Origin: Callorhinchus milii
Taxonomy: Eukaryota
Direction: 5' to 3'
Length of the DNA: 64,000 nucleotides
Assembly: GCF_018977255.1 (NCBI RefSeq)
Contig: NW_024704742.1
Location: 8,124,001 to 8,188,000, forward strand
Under the pieces are notes generated by a model. The model had not been told where the DNA came from and did not search any database. It was given only the letters and a program-made list of their open reading frames with translations. Of the stretch, positions 51,701 to 64,000 are shown in pieces. Position 1 is the stretch's first letter. Each line of letters opens with the position of its first letter. The position numbers and the translations under genes are program-made.

Positions 51701-52152
51701 TTTAGCTCTTTTAGGAGAATTTAGAAAAGCTCTAACATACTAAATGACAACAGGAATATGAAAACGTGGGAGCCCAGACAATAATCGTGCGAGAAAAATA
51801 AATACAGCATGAGCTCCCCTGACCCTTTAAGAAGATGGTCTTCACAAGATCTAATGCTTCTAATCCTGCAATAAGCCACATTAAATTCAGAGACAACAAA
51901 GTTAAAAAACTCTATAACAACAATTTGCACTTATATAGCACCTGTCACAAAGTATTCCATCTAAAGCACTATGCAAAGACAGTTTGGATAACTAGGGAGG
52001 GGGCGGTAACTGACCCAAAGCACATTCAAGGTCAGGTGAGGATGGCTATAAATGGGTATACAGTGTGCATTATCCAACATAAAGCCTCAATCAGGTATTC
52101 AGGCCTTCCCCCACAAAATACAGTCTGCACTTCATGTACTCCATGTATTACA

Positions 52153-52516
52153 TCCTGTAGCTCAGTGGTTAGAGCACGCGTCTCGCAAGCGAGAGACCTG
52201 GGTTTGATTCCCGGCAGGGCAAAATGTTGGGCAAGTTTCCTTACTCCTCACGCCTCTGTTTACTGAGGGATAATTAGGAACCCAGTTGTTAGTTGATTGA
52301 TGGATTGCTTTTCCAGAGATAATAATTCCTTAAAAAACAATAAATTGTTCACTCAATCCATGACTGTTTGTGCAATACTGCTGTACACAATTGGCTGCCC
52401 CATTTTGCCCACAAAATATACAGTCAATTCACTTTACAGTAAATTTTGTGAAGCGCTTTGAGACATCTAGAAGACATGATAAGGCGCTGTACCAAATGCA
52501 AGGATTATTATTATTA
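52153..52516 (+). mobile_element. tRNA-derived SINE, full length
   Basis: Complete head, body and tail. Confidence 0.92.
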
Positions 52517-53689
52517 CATCACGGGAAGCGTTTTGTGCTATCCTCTTAACTTGGAAGGTGCTACATCAAATGCAAGGATCATCATTATTGCATCTCAATA
52601 CCTTTGAAGACATTGGCAGAGAATGAGTTGATGCAACAAGTCAAAAAACATTGTAGTGCGAGTCTCTTGAAGAGTCTTCCAACTAGGATGCCAACGCTGA
52701 CTGCCACCACAACCCAGGTGCGACACTGAGTCTGAATCAGGCACTCTGCTCAGAGAATTCAGCAATCAAGTTACATTATTGAGACACATTGCCCACACGC
52801 TGCCTGAAATCAAGCACATCCGAACGTTCAGCAGATCTTGCACCGACCGCTTTTAGTTGGGATTTCCCCAGTGCAGCATGTTGAATTTTCAGAACTGATT
52901 CTTTGAAAGAGTCTGGAGACGGTTCAACTCCTTAGAAAGTTTGGAGACAAGTCTGACGTAAATTGTAGACATTGAATCCAGCCTACTGCATGTCCCTCGT
53001 GCCCTCTGTTCCATTGGTGGGCGCGCTTTCAGCCACTATGCCCAGAAACTCTGGAACACTCATCCTCTATCCCTCCACTTTGCCCCTTCCTTCAACTTCA
53101 GGTCACGCCTGAAGACTTTCCTATTCGGCAACGCCTATGGACACCTTCCCCCTCTCCCCGGCTCGGAGTCGTGCTCCGTCACTGTCGAGCGCTCTGGGAC
53201 GCTACCCTGCATGAGGGGCACTATATAAATGCAGGTTGTTGTGGTTACTGGAAAGGGTTATTGTCTGGACACCAATGCCTTGAAGCTAGCCAACTGGTAC
53301 CAACAACCTGAGAAGAAACAGACCGCCTGAAAAATATGACAAACTAAAAGAACTTCAATGTTTCCCTCACAGAGACCTTGCATGTTCAGTCAGCTCAGTC
53401 ACTACGGGAACATCAGTTATAATAATACAATATTATAATACAAGCTTCATGTACAGCTCTATTCAATCCAAAGCTGCCCAAGCACAGAGAGCCCTCTACT
53501 GGTTTCATATCATATGCAGCCTTATCCAGCCAATAATGAGTTTCTGTGTAGCTCAGAAAGTTTCAGAGTACTTCCGCTCACCACCAAATCCAAAGTGCTG
53601 ACTTCAAATGAAATGAATGGAGCTGCTTTCTACACAGACACGCATTCCTGCTCCATTGGAGGAGCTTAGTATTGAAATAAACCAAAATA

Positions 53690-54057
53690 TAATAATAAAT
53701 AATCCTTGCACTTGATAAAGCGCTTTTCAAGTCTTGTAGACGTCTCAAAGCGCTTCACAGAATATACTGTAAAGTGAATTGACTGTATATTTGTGGGCGA
53801 AACGCGGCAGCCAATTGCGCACAGCAACGTCCCACAAACAATCGAGGATTAAATGATCAAATTTTTTTTTTTTTTGAGTGATTATTATCCCCAGAAAAGC
53901 GATCCGCCAATCGACTAACAACCGGGAGCCTACTTAATGCTAGGTAAACAGAAGAGTGCAGAGTAAGGAAACCTGTCCAACATTTCTCCCTGCTGGGAAT
54001 ACAACCCAGCTCTCTCGCTTGCGAGGCGAGTGCTCTAACCACTGAGCTACAGGATCC
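53690..54057 (-). mobile_element. tRNA-derived SINE, full length
   Basis: Complete head, body and tail. Confidence 0.92.
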
Positions 54058-56493
54058 CAAGGACATACAGTGTGAAGGTATTTCAATATACGGTAATTAT
54101 TCTGGATCCAGTTGTAGATGGGCGACAGTCAGTGTTGTTAAAAGGATTTTCTAAGTGCATTAAGCATGTGAAATTTTCTCATAATAGGATTGTGATGTTT
54201 CTATACTGTATGTAATTGAACGTTGAAAAACGCACTGCATTTTGTCCTACAATTATCTGGAGGAAACATTTTCGGCTACTTATGAGGTGATGTGATGAAA
54301 CTCCTGACCTTGTTGTGGTAGCGGCGGTGATGAATAAAGATCTGCTATGCACAATTGGCTGCCGCGGTTTGCCCAGAAATATACAGTCAATTCATTTTAC
54401 AGCATATTCTGTGAAGCGCTTTGAGACGTCTCGAAGAAATGATAAGGCGCTATATCAAATGCAAGGATTATTATTATTCGAGATTCAGAATAAGGGCCCT
54501 CGGCATATTTGATCTAATCATTCCAAAATACCAAACCTACCTTCTTCCCATTACATTATCAAGATGTTTCTTACATTAGTCTAGAATCTTGAGCTGAACA
54601 ACCCTTCTTGGTAGGTAATTGTACAAGCAGTTGAATACCATCTGTGCAAATAAATATCTGCTAATTTTCCCTCTTTCTCACAGAGATCCATTTTTTTCCC
54701 TTTCTCCTAGCAGTTCCATAGGCTCCATTCACCAGTCAGTACCTCACCCAAGTAACTATTATTCAAGTGCAAGTTTTGATAGTAAATGTTGGACCAATCT
54801 AATTAGGGCGCAAAACAGCATAACTGTACTGAAAAAGCATTTCTGGAACCTGCATTTTATCATGAGAATAAAATTTAAAAAATCCTTAAGTTTGATTTCC
54901 TTCACTTTGTTTCATTTCTTTCCACCTTCACATTGGGAGGACATCTCAGTGCTTCATTGGATATGCCTTAAAGTATTGTGTTTGTGTAAATTATGTAGGC
55001 CGATAACTTATACTTCATGGGCACTTTAGCCAACAAAAACAGCATAAATCTTATAAGTGAATAAACTGTCTCCTGTGCATCGCATATGCAGCATATTCAT
55101 GAGTATATACATGAATATACTCATGTAGCATTTGAGCAGGTTTCAGAGATAGGGTGAGGCAAGACCATGGAGGGATTACAAAGTGAAGACGAGGCTCTTG
55201 AATGCGAGCTTTGAGGGCATGGGGTGCCTGTGGAGCCAGACAAGTTTGAGGTGATAAGCTCGCAGAGCCTGGTGTGGGAGAGGACATGAGCTGCAAAGTT
55301 CTGCACAGCCTCCAGGACTGATAGGCAATTGGTCAGAAAAACATTGGTCCTGGAATCAAGGGTGGAGACAAAAAGGGACTTGGGTGCCATCTGCATACAT
55401 GTGGGGGTTAGGGAAGATTCTCCCAAAAGAAGGACTCACGACTATGATTGAAATCTTTAACAATGCACAAATTGCCTACAACTGCTGTGATTGCCTACAA
55501 ATACAGTTGCCGCACTTCACAGTAAAATCCTGTGAAGTGCTTTTGAACGTGTTGAAGACACAATAAAGTGCTATATCAAATGCAACATGATGATTATTAT
55601 AATAAATTAAATAATACAACATCCAGCTACTACAGCACAAGCGATAACTGTGGATTCCTCAACCTATATGGTACCAGAAGCACAATTTGGTGACCTTGAA
55701 CAAAGGGCTGGTGGAATGCTTATTTGACACAACAACTGGCATTTACATAGTGCCCTTCATGCCAGACGGCGTTTCAAAGCGCTTAAGAGTGGTGGAGCCC
55801 GATGCCGAGCCAGGGGGACGGGGAAGGTGACTGTAGGCACGGTCAAAGAAAAAAGGTCTTCAAACCTCGACCTGAAAATGGGGAGAGGTGGGGCCGGGTA
55901 AAGGGATTGGGGGAGAGAGTTCCACAGCTTCGGGGTGTAGTGGCTGAAAGCACAGCTGCCGATGGTGGGGAGAAAGGTCCGGGGGACAAGGAGGAGACTA
56001 GAGCGTAGGCAGCGGGTAGTGGTGTAGAGAGAGAGCAGGTTGGTGAGATGTTGGGGGGGGAGGGGGGCATGAAGAGATTGAAATACAAGAGTGAGGATCT
56101 TGAAATTAATTCGCTCTGTGACAAGAGAGTCAATAGAGTTTGACAAGGACTGGGGTAATGGAGGTACGGAGCTTAGTGTGGGTGAGAATGCAAGCGGCGA
56201 AGGACACTAGCTCCTTTACTGTACTGCACAGTAAATAGTCTGCCTCCAAGTGATTTCAGCCTCTTCAACTTCTATTGACATTTAGGGTGAGAGTTGGAGA
56301 GATTGTGCTGAGTTGCAGAGAAGCTGAGTGCTGTCTGTTCAGAGATACAGGACAAAACTCACCTCAACTGCTGTTATCAAACCAAAGTGATTCCGTGTTG
56401 AAAAGGAATTTGAATTTAAAAGTTACAACTCAATTTTAATGTGACTTAACTCCCCCTTCGCCTCCACAGAAATTAGTGACGAACATTTCCTAC

Positions 56494-56606
56494 CTCAGTG
56501 ACTGGAGACTTTGGATTGATATTCCTAGCTGCAGCTATCTCCTGAAGTTGATTGACCACCTCTGTAATGGTCAATCTCTCCTCCGGATTGATCTTCATCG
56601 TATTTC
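56494..56606 (-). CDS. GAK: GAK exon (ex9), end of kinase domain
   Basis: (R)NTMKINPEERLTITEVVNQLQEIAAARNINPKSPVTE; 113 nt, phase 1-0. Confidence 0.96.
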
Positions 56607-57695
56607 CTGTGGAAATAATAAAGGACAAAGAAAGGATGAGTTGTTAGTCTGTAGTCAGGACCTGTCCTGCAACGTGATCTGAAACTCCAAGAACATATGT
56701 CAAACTTCCAACACTGAAGTTCAGCTGCTGGATCAAAATAATGAATCACAGCTTTATCCAGATTTTTAAACTGCATTGCATTGCAATATTCTACAATATT
56801 ACAGTACACTTGGCGCATACAATCACGGGCTATGGCCATGGGAGGCCAATCCGAAGAGGGGAGTGCGAGGATTCTATTCCTACTTCTGGGCAAAAATTAA
56901 TTTCTCATCCAATTGTGGACACTGACTATTTTCTTGTGCAGAGGTGAATAATGCACTTCACAATGCACTAAATGTAGACCAATAACATCTCAGGGTGAGA
57001 GTATCAGAAATGTGGACATCTTTCCCCAATATATTCAAAACTACACAACAACTGCAAATATGATTGATGAAGTCTGATGTCACGTGCTCTATGCTGTATA
57101 CTTACGCAGTATTCAATAGTAAAATTATAAGCGCATGCACTTCCTGTGACTACATTAGCTGTACATTAGCTGGGGGCTTGTATGAGCATCAAAATACGAT
57201 CATACAATTCAACTATAATGTTCTGCTAATAAAAACCAATATCAAAAATTCAACCAACAGGACATTTATAATCCAACCAATAAAAGCTCACTCCGACCAC
57301 CTTAAGCAATCGTAAAGTTTGGGAAATAAACAATGTGTAAATATAATTACCACATTTATTTCACGAAAGGGTATTGTCAAGATTAACAACTTTGAGTAAA
57401 GCTAAGCAATAATCTCAATGATAATTGATAATTTTAAACCATGAACAAGAAGTTAAAGTAGTTTAGGACTGACATGATGAAATTATGCTCTTTGCGTAAA
57501 CACCATCATTCTTAAAATATTTACATTGCAAATTGAGTGGAGGCAATTTGTCTTATTTTTGCTGCTTTATTTGTATTGGATATCACATTAGTCTTCAACG
57601 CCCAGAAATTGTAAGTGAACACACAAGGTGAACTATTAATCATTGTGCAAATTTATCATGCAATACTGTAATTGATCAGCCAAACAAATTACCTA

Positions 57696-58693
57696 CAGTA
57701 GAGCCCCCTTTATAACACAGTAGTTGGAGTCCATAAAATCACAATTAAGGGTATAATGGCATGCGGAGTCCTGTAGCTCAGTGGTTAGAGCATTCGCCTC
57801 GCAAGCGAGAGGACCTGGGTACAATTCCCGGCAGGGCAAAAGGTTGGGCAAGTTTCCTTACTCAACACCCCTCTGTTTACCTAGCTGTAAGTAGGAACCC
57901 AGTTGTTAGTCGACCAGGGATAATAATAATAATAATAATAATAATCCTTGCATTTGATATAGCGCTTTTCACGTCGGGAGGACGTCCCAAAGCGCTTCAC
58001 AGAATATACTGTAAAGTGAATTGACTGTATATTTGTGGGCGAACGCGGCAGCCAATTGCGCACAGCAATGTCCCACAAACAGTCGTAGATTGAAAATGAC
58101 CAATTTATTATTGTTTTGGTTTTTTGGAGGGATTATTATTAGGCGTGTGGAGTAAGGAAACTTGCCCAAGGTTTCGCCCTGCCTGGAATTGAACCCAGGT
58201 GTCTTGCTTGCAAAGCAAGTGCTCTAACCACTGAGCTACAGGACTCCACGATAGGACTCCATAATAATTGCTTTTTAAAAAAAAATTTGGTCACTCAATC
58301 CACAACTGCTTGTGGGACACTACTGCGCGCAATTGGCTGCTGGGTTTCACCCACAAGATATACAGTAAATTCACTTTACAGTACATTCTGTGAAACGCTT
58401 TGAGACGCCTCAAAGATGTAATAAGGCACTATATCAAATGCAAGGATTATTATTATAATTATTATGTGAATGCTGATCAGAACTTCCACATTCACTTTTT
58501 CAGGAAGATAGCTGGCTCCATCCACACTTCAAAATGGCTGATACGTGGGAAGCCAAAACACTGACTGGCATTTTGAAGCATCAATGAAGTTGGAGCATGC
58601 ATTTTGGATTTTTGGGGGTAATTATCAGGGTGGAGGTCACCCCAATAAGTGAATCCACATTATAACAAAGCGCATTATAATGGGGTTCTACTG
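57696..58693. mobile_element. Tc1/pogo-like MITE containing two nested SINEs
   Basis: TA|CAGTAGAGCCCCCTTTATAA ... TTATAATGGGGTTCTACTG termini; related terminus at 61065-61112. Confidence 0.7.
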
Positions 58694-58716
58694 GAATTAG
58701 TTCAAAAAATACTTAC

Positions 58717-58852
58717 GAATGAGATCATGAAAAACTGTGTATTTGGTATCATTCTCAGGAATAGAGTACTTTCCATTCACTATTGCAAGTTTAGCACCAT
58801 CTTCAAATGGATGCTGTTTGAAACACAGTAGGTAAAGGATGCAGCCCAAAGC
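58717..58852 (-). CDS. GAK: GAK exon (ex8), kinase
   Basis: ALGCILYLLCFKQHPFEDGAKLAIVNGKYSIPENDTKYTVFHDLI; 136 nt, phase 0-1. Confidence 0.97.
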
Positions 58853-60049
58853 CTAAGGAAAGTTACAAGATGCATTTTTAATTATTAGTTTTATGCTATG
58901 AATTAGTGCAATCAATAATTGGTATTTATCTAGCACCTTTCAGCTAATAAATGTGTCAACCACTTTACAAATTCTAATTGATCAGAAATGTAAATAAATG
59001 TTATTGGTAAACACAGCAGCTAATCTGCGTGCCAGCAACTTCCCACAAATGAGTGAAATGAATGTACCTACTAGCCTAGTACAATCTCTGACTGCCAAAG
59101 AGGATTTTGTGCCGTTGACCTAAGATGGATATTTATGTGTGCATGGCACAACACCATCATCAACATCAGCATTTGCAAGGTACTTTGAGGACACAATTTT
59201 CTGCACTAAATCTAATTTCGGACCCTACTGTTTTCCAATCCAGGGAAGATCTTGCATTGTTTACCCGTTTCTAACCTGTTCCTTGGAAGCCATCTATTTT
59301 TTGATTGGAAAAAGTTTCAAGCTATAGCTAGTGATCGAAAATGTAGAATAAGACATTAACCCAAATAATCAAGAAGTGAACTAATAAAAGTGGTGATGTC
59401 ACAAATCCTTATATTAAAGCTGTAGAATGGAGAGGATCACATTGTAACTTAAGCAGAGAAGGTTTAAGATGAACAGAATTATAGCTCTTTTTAATCCTTT
59501 ACCTTTTGTAATATATTCTATTCTATTATATATCCTAAAAGGCGGTAACAACATTGCTTAGATGACAAGGCAATTCCTATGACAGAAAGTTGTGGGTTCA
59601 AGCTCCCTTCCAGCTCCCCTTCTGTACATGAGTTTACAAACCAGGACCAGGCAATTCTAAGAGAGTGCTTCATTGTCAGATGTACTGCACTTCATATGAA
59701 ACATTAAACCAAAGTCCTGCCTGGTACTCCGGTGACATTAAAAGATCCCATGACACTATTCTCAAAGAAAAGCCCTGACCAGCAACCCTCCAAAGAAATG
59801 AGTCATTCCCTTCATGGCTGTTTGTTGGATCTTGTTGTGCCCAAGTTGGCTGCAGTGTTCCCTACAAACATAGTCACTACACTTGACAGCCATCATCTGT
59901 AAAGTGTTTTGAGACGGTCAATATTGTAGGTGCTATATCAAATGCAGGGATTAGTATCATATACTGAAGTATAATAATCACCAAGGCGCACAGGTACAAT
60001 AACTGTTTTATAGCTGAGAAGTGTAATGCTCAGTGACAGACAGACATAC

Positions 60050-60139
60050 CCAGATATCTTGTTTTTCATTGATGGGATAGTTGGAATACAGATCTATTAT
60101 TTCTGGTGTACGATACATTGGTGTAGTATTTCTTGTAAT
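60050..60139 (-). CDS. GAK: GAK exon (ex7), kinase
   Basis: ITRNTTPMYRTPEIIDLYSNYPINEKQDIW; AG/GT; 90 nt. Confidence 0.97.
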
Positions 60140-61409
60140 CTGCCAAAACGAAGAAAAAGATTTTGTCAGGAGTTATTCTTAATTTACTAATTATGAAAAC
60201 ACAGAAATACACAAATACTTTGATATTATAACTATGAACATGCATTAGGACGCAATGTACACTATATTCCTATTGAATAAAATCGTAGTATTTTATAGAA
60301 CCAATGTTCATTCAGCCCATCATTTTGGTGCCAGTTAGGTTTGAACTTCAGTTTTAATTCAAACTTTTATTTGAATTATAATTTGAAACTTTTCTCACAC
60401 ATACTTCACATAAATAGCAATATACATTCATTAACTCAAATGCACTAACAAAGAAGAAAATAATACAAAGAACGGTTTTGTTGTTAGACAGGAATTATAG
60501 TGTCCTAACACACTATAATTGAACGTTAAATGTGGAGTGATACAGTAACATGTTGGCAAAGTTATTCAATTCCACATACTTCAGATTCTTCAAACAATTT
60601 TCAAGACCCTCATTGCTTCAGCCACTCCCCTACCCCTACCCTCCCTGCCCTCCTGATCCCAAACCTCAGCTCAGGTCCAAATCCTGGACTTTCCAGCGCC
60701 TTGGAACGTCCTCCTGACGTGAAAGGCGCTATACAAATGTAATTTGTTGTTGGTGGTGGTAGAACTGAGAATAACAAGTTTTGCTGTGGATAGCCAAAAC
60801 AGCTGTTCATACCAGAATTGGGGTGTAGATCCCAGTATGTACTTTACAAACTATCCTAAATGTACGCAGAAAGTTAGCCAGCTCACTTGAAAACACCATC
60901 TGGCTTCTTGCTCACTCAAAAATGCCCAGGTTCTGGGTCATCAGGGACACAGTTGATGTCATGTCCTGGGACTGGGTTTGCAGGAAGCCAGTCAGCTTTC
61001 TGCTTGGATGTGTAATGAATGTAGAAGTGCTGAACAGCAATCAAGCCCAGTTACAACGTTGCTGTGGATTTTGTGGGACCCAACCACTATGTTATAATGG
61101 GGCTCTACTGTACTAGGGCAATCTAACAACCTTCAACAAACATGGCACTTAATACTAGTCTTGATTGCCAGCCTCTCACTAAATTAAAAGGGAACAAATA
61201 CATGAAATAAATTGTATTCTTTGTAACATAGTAGATGAATACACTTGGCGAGTGCAAATGCATGTATATTAACCACTCATCATTTGCAGTAAGAAACTCA
61301 CTCACGCTTCATTTTAGATCTATCCAGTTGATGTCACTTATGAGCACATTCTGTAAACAGTCCCCACTGTGCATTGTCCTAGAAATGTTAAAAAAAACCA
61401 CACACATAC

Positions 61410-61535
61410 CTCTTCCTCTACCATTGCCCTCTTCTGGGCAGACCAGCTATAGTCAGGGTAGTGTGCTATACTGGTAGCACTACCAAAGTCACATAATTTA
61501 ATTGTGCCTTGGTTACTGACCAGGAGGTTTTCAAC
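61410..61535 (-). CDS. GAK: GAK exon (human ex6 equivalent), kinase subdomains VIb-VII
   Basis: VENLLVSNQGTIKLCDFGSATSIAHYPDYSWSAQKRAMVEEE; ttgcag| acceptor, |gtatgt donor; 126 nt, phase 0-0. Confidence 0.97.
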
Positions 61536-64000
61536 CTGCAAAAACATAAAATTAAGATCAGAAAATAAATGTGCATAAACAAGTCTTGTTCTACATAAAA
61601 CACATTTTTTGCCAGGAAAGGGGCAAATACAGCCTACTCAAGAGGTTTTTCCAGGAATTTCTACTGCCCGCCTGTAGTATATTATACTGATCTCAACATC
61701 ACCTTTAAAGGGATTAAGATCAAAATTCATCCAGAGAAACATAACATTCTACAGCACAGGAGAGAGCCATTTGGCCCATCAACAACTGCAACTTGTACTT
61801 ATATAGCAGGGTAGCGTCTCAGAGCGCTTGAGCTCTCATCGAGCCTGGACTGGCTCACAGAACAAGGATATCACTTCAATCCTACCGTCCCGCCTTATCC
61901 ACAAACCCCTTCAAGCCCCTCTCTTTCAGATGCCCGTCTACTTCCTTCTTGAAAGCTATAATGGAATCCACCCCCACCACCCTACTCAACAGGCTGCTTG
62001 ATCATATATATCTCAAAACTTGAGACAGAAGTAAAGAGAAAATCACATCAATTAGTTGTTGATACTATTCTCGACTTGTCAATTGCTAATGTGATCCCTA
62101 AAACACCATCAGTTAAAGCTTTCTTCCATGTTGAACAAATTTCACTGAATCTCAAACTATGCAGATGACACATTAGACACAAATGAAGAAAAACTGCAAA
62201 TGCTGGAAAACAGAAATAAAAAAAATGAGGCATCTACAGCAGCGCAAGCAGAATCTGGATACGGTAATGTTTAAGATGGGAGTATTTTAGGTCATAACCG
62301 AAATGTTAATCAGTCTCTTTCAGATGATGTTGAGTTTTTAGCAATCAGTTCTGTTTTTTTTTACTGAAATTAGACACAAAATGACTTTTCTGCAGAGATC
62401 ATTATACAGTTACTTCAATTACTGCCCATTACAAAAAGGTCACAATGTGGAAGAAATCTTTTGAGTTAAACCAGACCCCATCAACTATATTTCTGTCTTG
62501 CATTGATTAGTTTGATTTTAAATTATACAACGATTACATTCGATTGATCTGGACTTTACTTTGTGTTTTTGGTACTTGGACTCAGTTGAAGAAAAACACG
62601 TCTGGGGAGGGGGTAAGCGAGGACTCCTTGAAGTTGAACTAGCTCCGGGATGACATGCTCAGTAATGAAATATTGGAATTGAGTTAACTCTCTGTGTCGG
62701 ACTCGGTAACCATTTCCTGAGTCAGATGGGTCTGTATTACTCCAGGGCACTGCTGATGACAGACAGACCAGCTAGCCTGGCTCATCCACAGCACTGGAAA
62801 TTGCAGACCAGTCACTCAGGCAAAGATTCTTTCCGCCCAGTTGCTGTTTTCCCTGCAAGTCAAAGCCCTAACGGGTAGGGTGGTCCTAGCTGAACAAGCA
62901 GCGGGAAAGATTGCCAGACAGTGCTTTCAATGGCAAGCTATACAGTTTTAGCTGGTTAAACTAGCAGTACCCCCAACACACACTCTGGGGTCCCAAAGTC
63001 TTAGCCCTTGCTAACCCGCACCTAATACTAGTATTGGGAAAGCAGGATGTGTCTCAGAGGGCACATTCCATTCTAATACATGGGAATTTGCATGCGTAGG
63101 TGGGATGCATGGAACTCTATTTGATTTGAATGCCCTTAATCATGGTGATGGGTTTCCACATGTGTCTGGCTGACACCCTTAAAACATTTTTTTAAAAAAA
63201 GTTCTCATTTCTTTTGGGGGGCGGGGATGGAGAGAAAGAAAACGGCTTCAGATGGAAAATACTACTCGCCTCTGACATTCTCCTACAACGGAATGAATTG
63301 CAGAGAAGCAATAAATACAAAGAAATCAAAGAATATTAAAAGTATATGTTTCTGTTGGAATTGAAAATCCCCTCCTAAAGAAGGAGAAAAGATTGTTATA
63401 TAATCTAAGCACTTTGTATTTTGTATATTCTGTTTCCCACTGGACAGTCAAATTAAAGGTACATTTAATTTTGTGTTTTGCCCACAATATATACAGGCAA
63501 TTCACTTTACCGGATATTCTGTGAAGCGCTTTTAGATATTTGGGATCCGATAAGACGCTATATCAAATGCAAGGATTATCTTATTAATATTATTAACCTG
63601 CTACAGCACTGCCTTCCAAGGTCTGTGCATGAATAATGGTCACACAGGTGGGGAACTGGAGGGCATCGATGGAACTGTACTGCCCTTGAAGAAGAAAAGC
63701 AGTCAAATGCCTTCCAGACAGCAGCAATTATATGAAGGTAATTCATATTCAATTAATGCAGGGTGCAAGAATTCCATTTCACAGTATGGCTTAGCACACA
63801 AAGATGAAAGCTGCAGCAAAAGCCTAGAAGCAATTGCACATTCAGGAGACTTCCCGATACCATCATAAAAAAAATAAATGAAAGGAGTCTTCTTTTGTGA
63901 AGAAAGGTCTGATATTTTCAGAGAATCTGAAAGCCTCAACTTATGCAAGCAAAATGCACTCTTACGAAAAGGCTCCCCATTATAACACAACCACATAATG

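Noticed and set aside
52153..52225. tRNA-Ala-like sequences (also at 15460, 57765 and others)
   Set aside because: Each runs into a SINE body and tail and has degenerate stems, so these are SINE heads rather than tRNA genes.
19910..61535. Calling the gene DNAJC6
   Set aside because: Intact kinase exons and GAK-type residues (YAKGDLDISY, VMSFPAEGVES) identify it as GAK.

Overview
Vertebrate genomic DNA, probably from a cartilaginous fish (inferred from the Deu-domain SINE, L2, CR1 and Penelope repeats). It holds two intron-rich genes, both on the minus strand. (1) GAK (cyclin G-associated kinase/auxilin-2): I traced 23 phase-consistent coding exons from 61535 down to the stop at 19910, covering the kinase C-lobe, PTEN-like and C2 domains, clathrin/AP-binding region and J domain; its 5' exons lie right of the window. 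(2) A probable CENP-C gene, with exons from 13470 running off the left edge. Most of the supplied ORFs are spurious or repeat-derived. Main discoveries: (a) GAK intron 9 encodes an in-frame N-terminus (MSLPGSYLRKIDCDSYESLQ) closely matching the start of neuronal auxilin-1/DNAJC6, implying a hidden internal promoter and a kinase-less auxilin-type GAK isoform; (b) a candidate 9-nt neural-type microexon and a GC-AG intron in the same part of GAK; (c) repeated frame-preserving duplication of a two-exon, AT-hook-bearing cassette in CENP-C; (d) a recent ~440-bp inverted templated insertion bracketing a CENP-C exon. Exon numbers follow human GAK from memory, repeat boundaries are approximate, and all homologies are by recall rather than database search.
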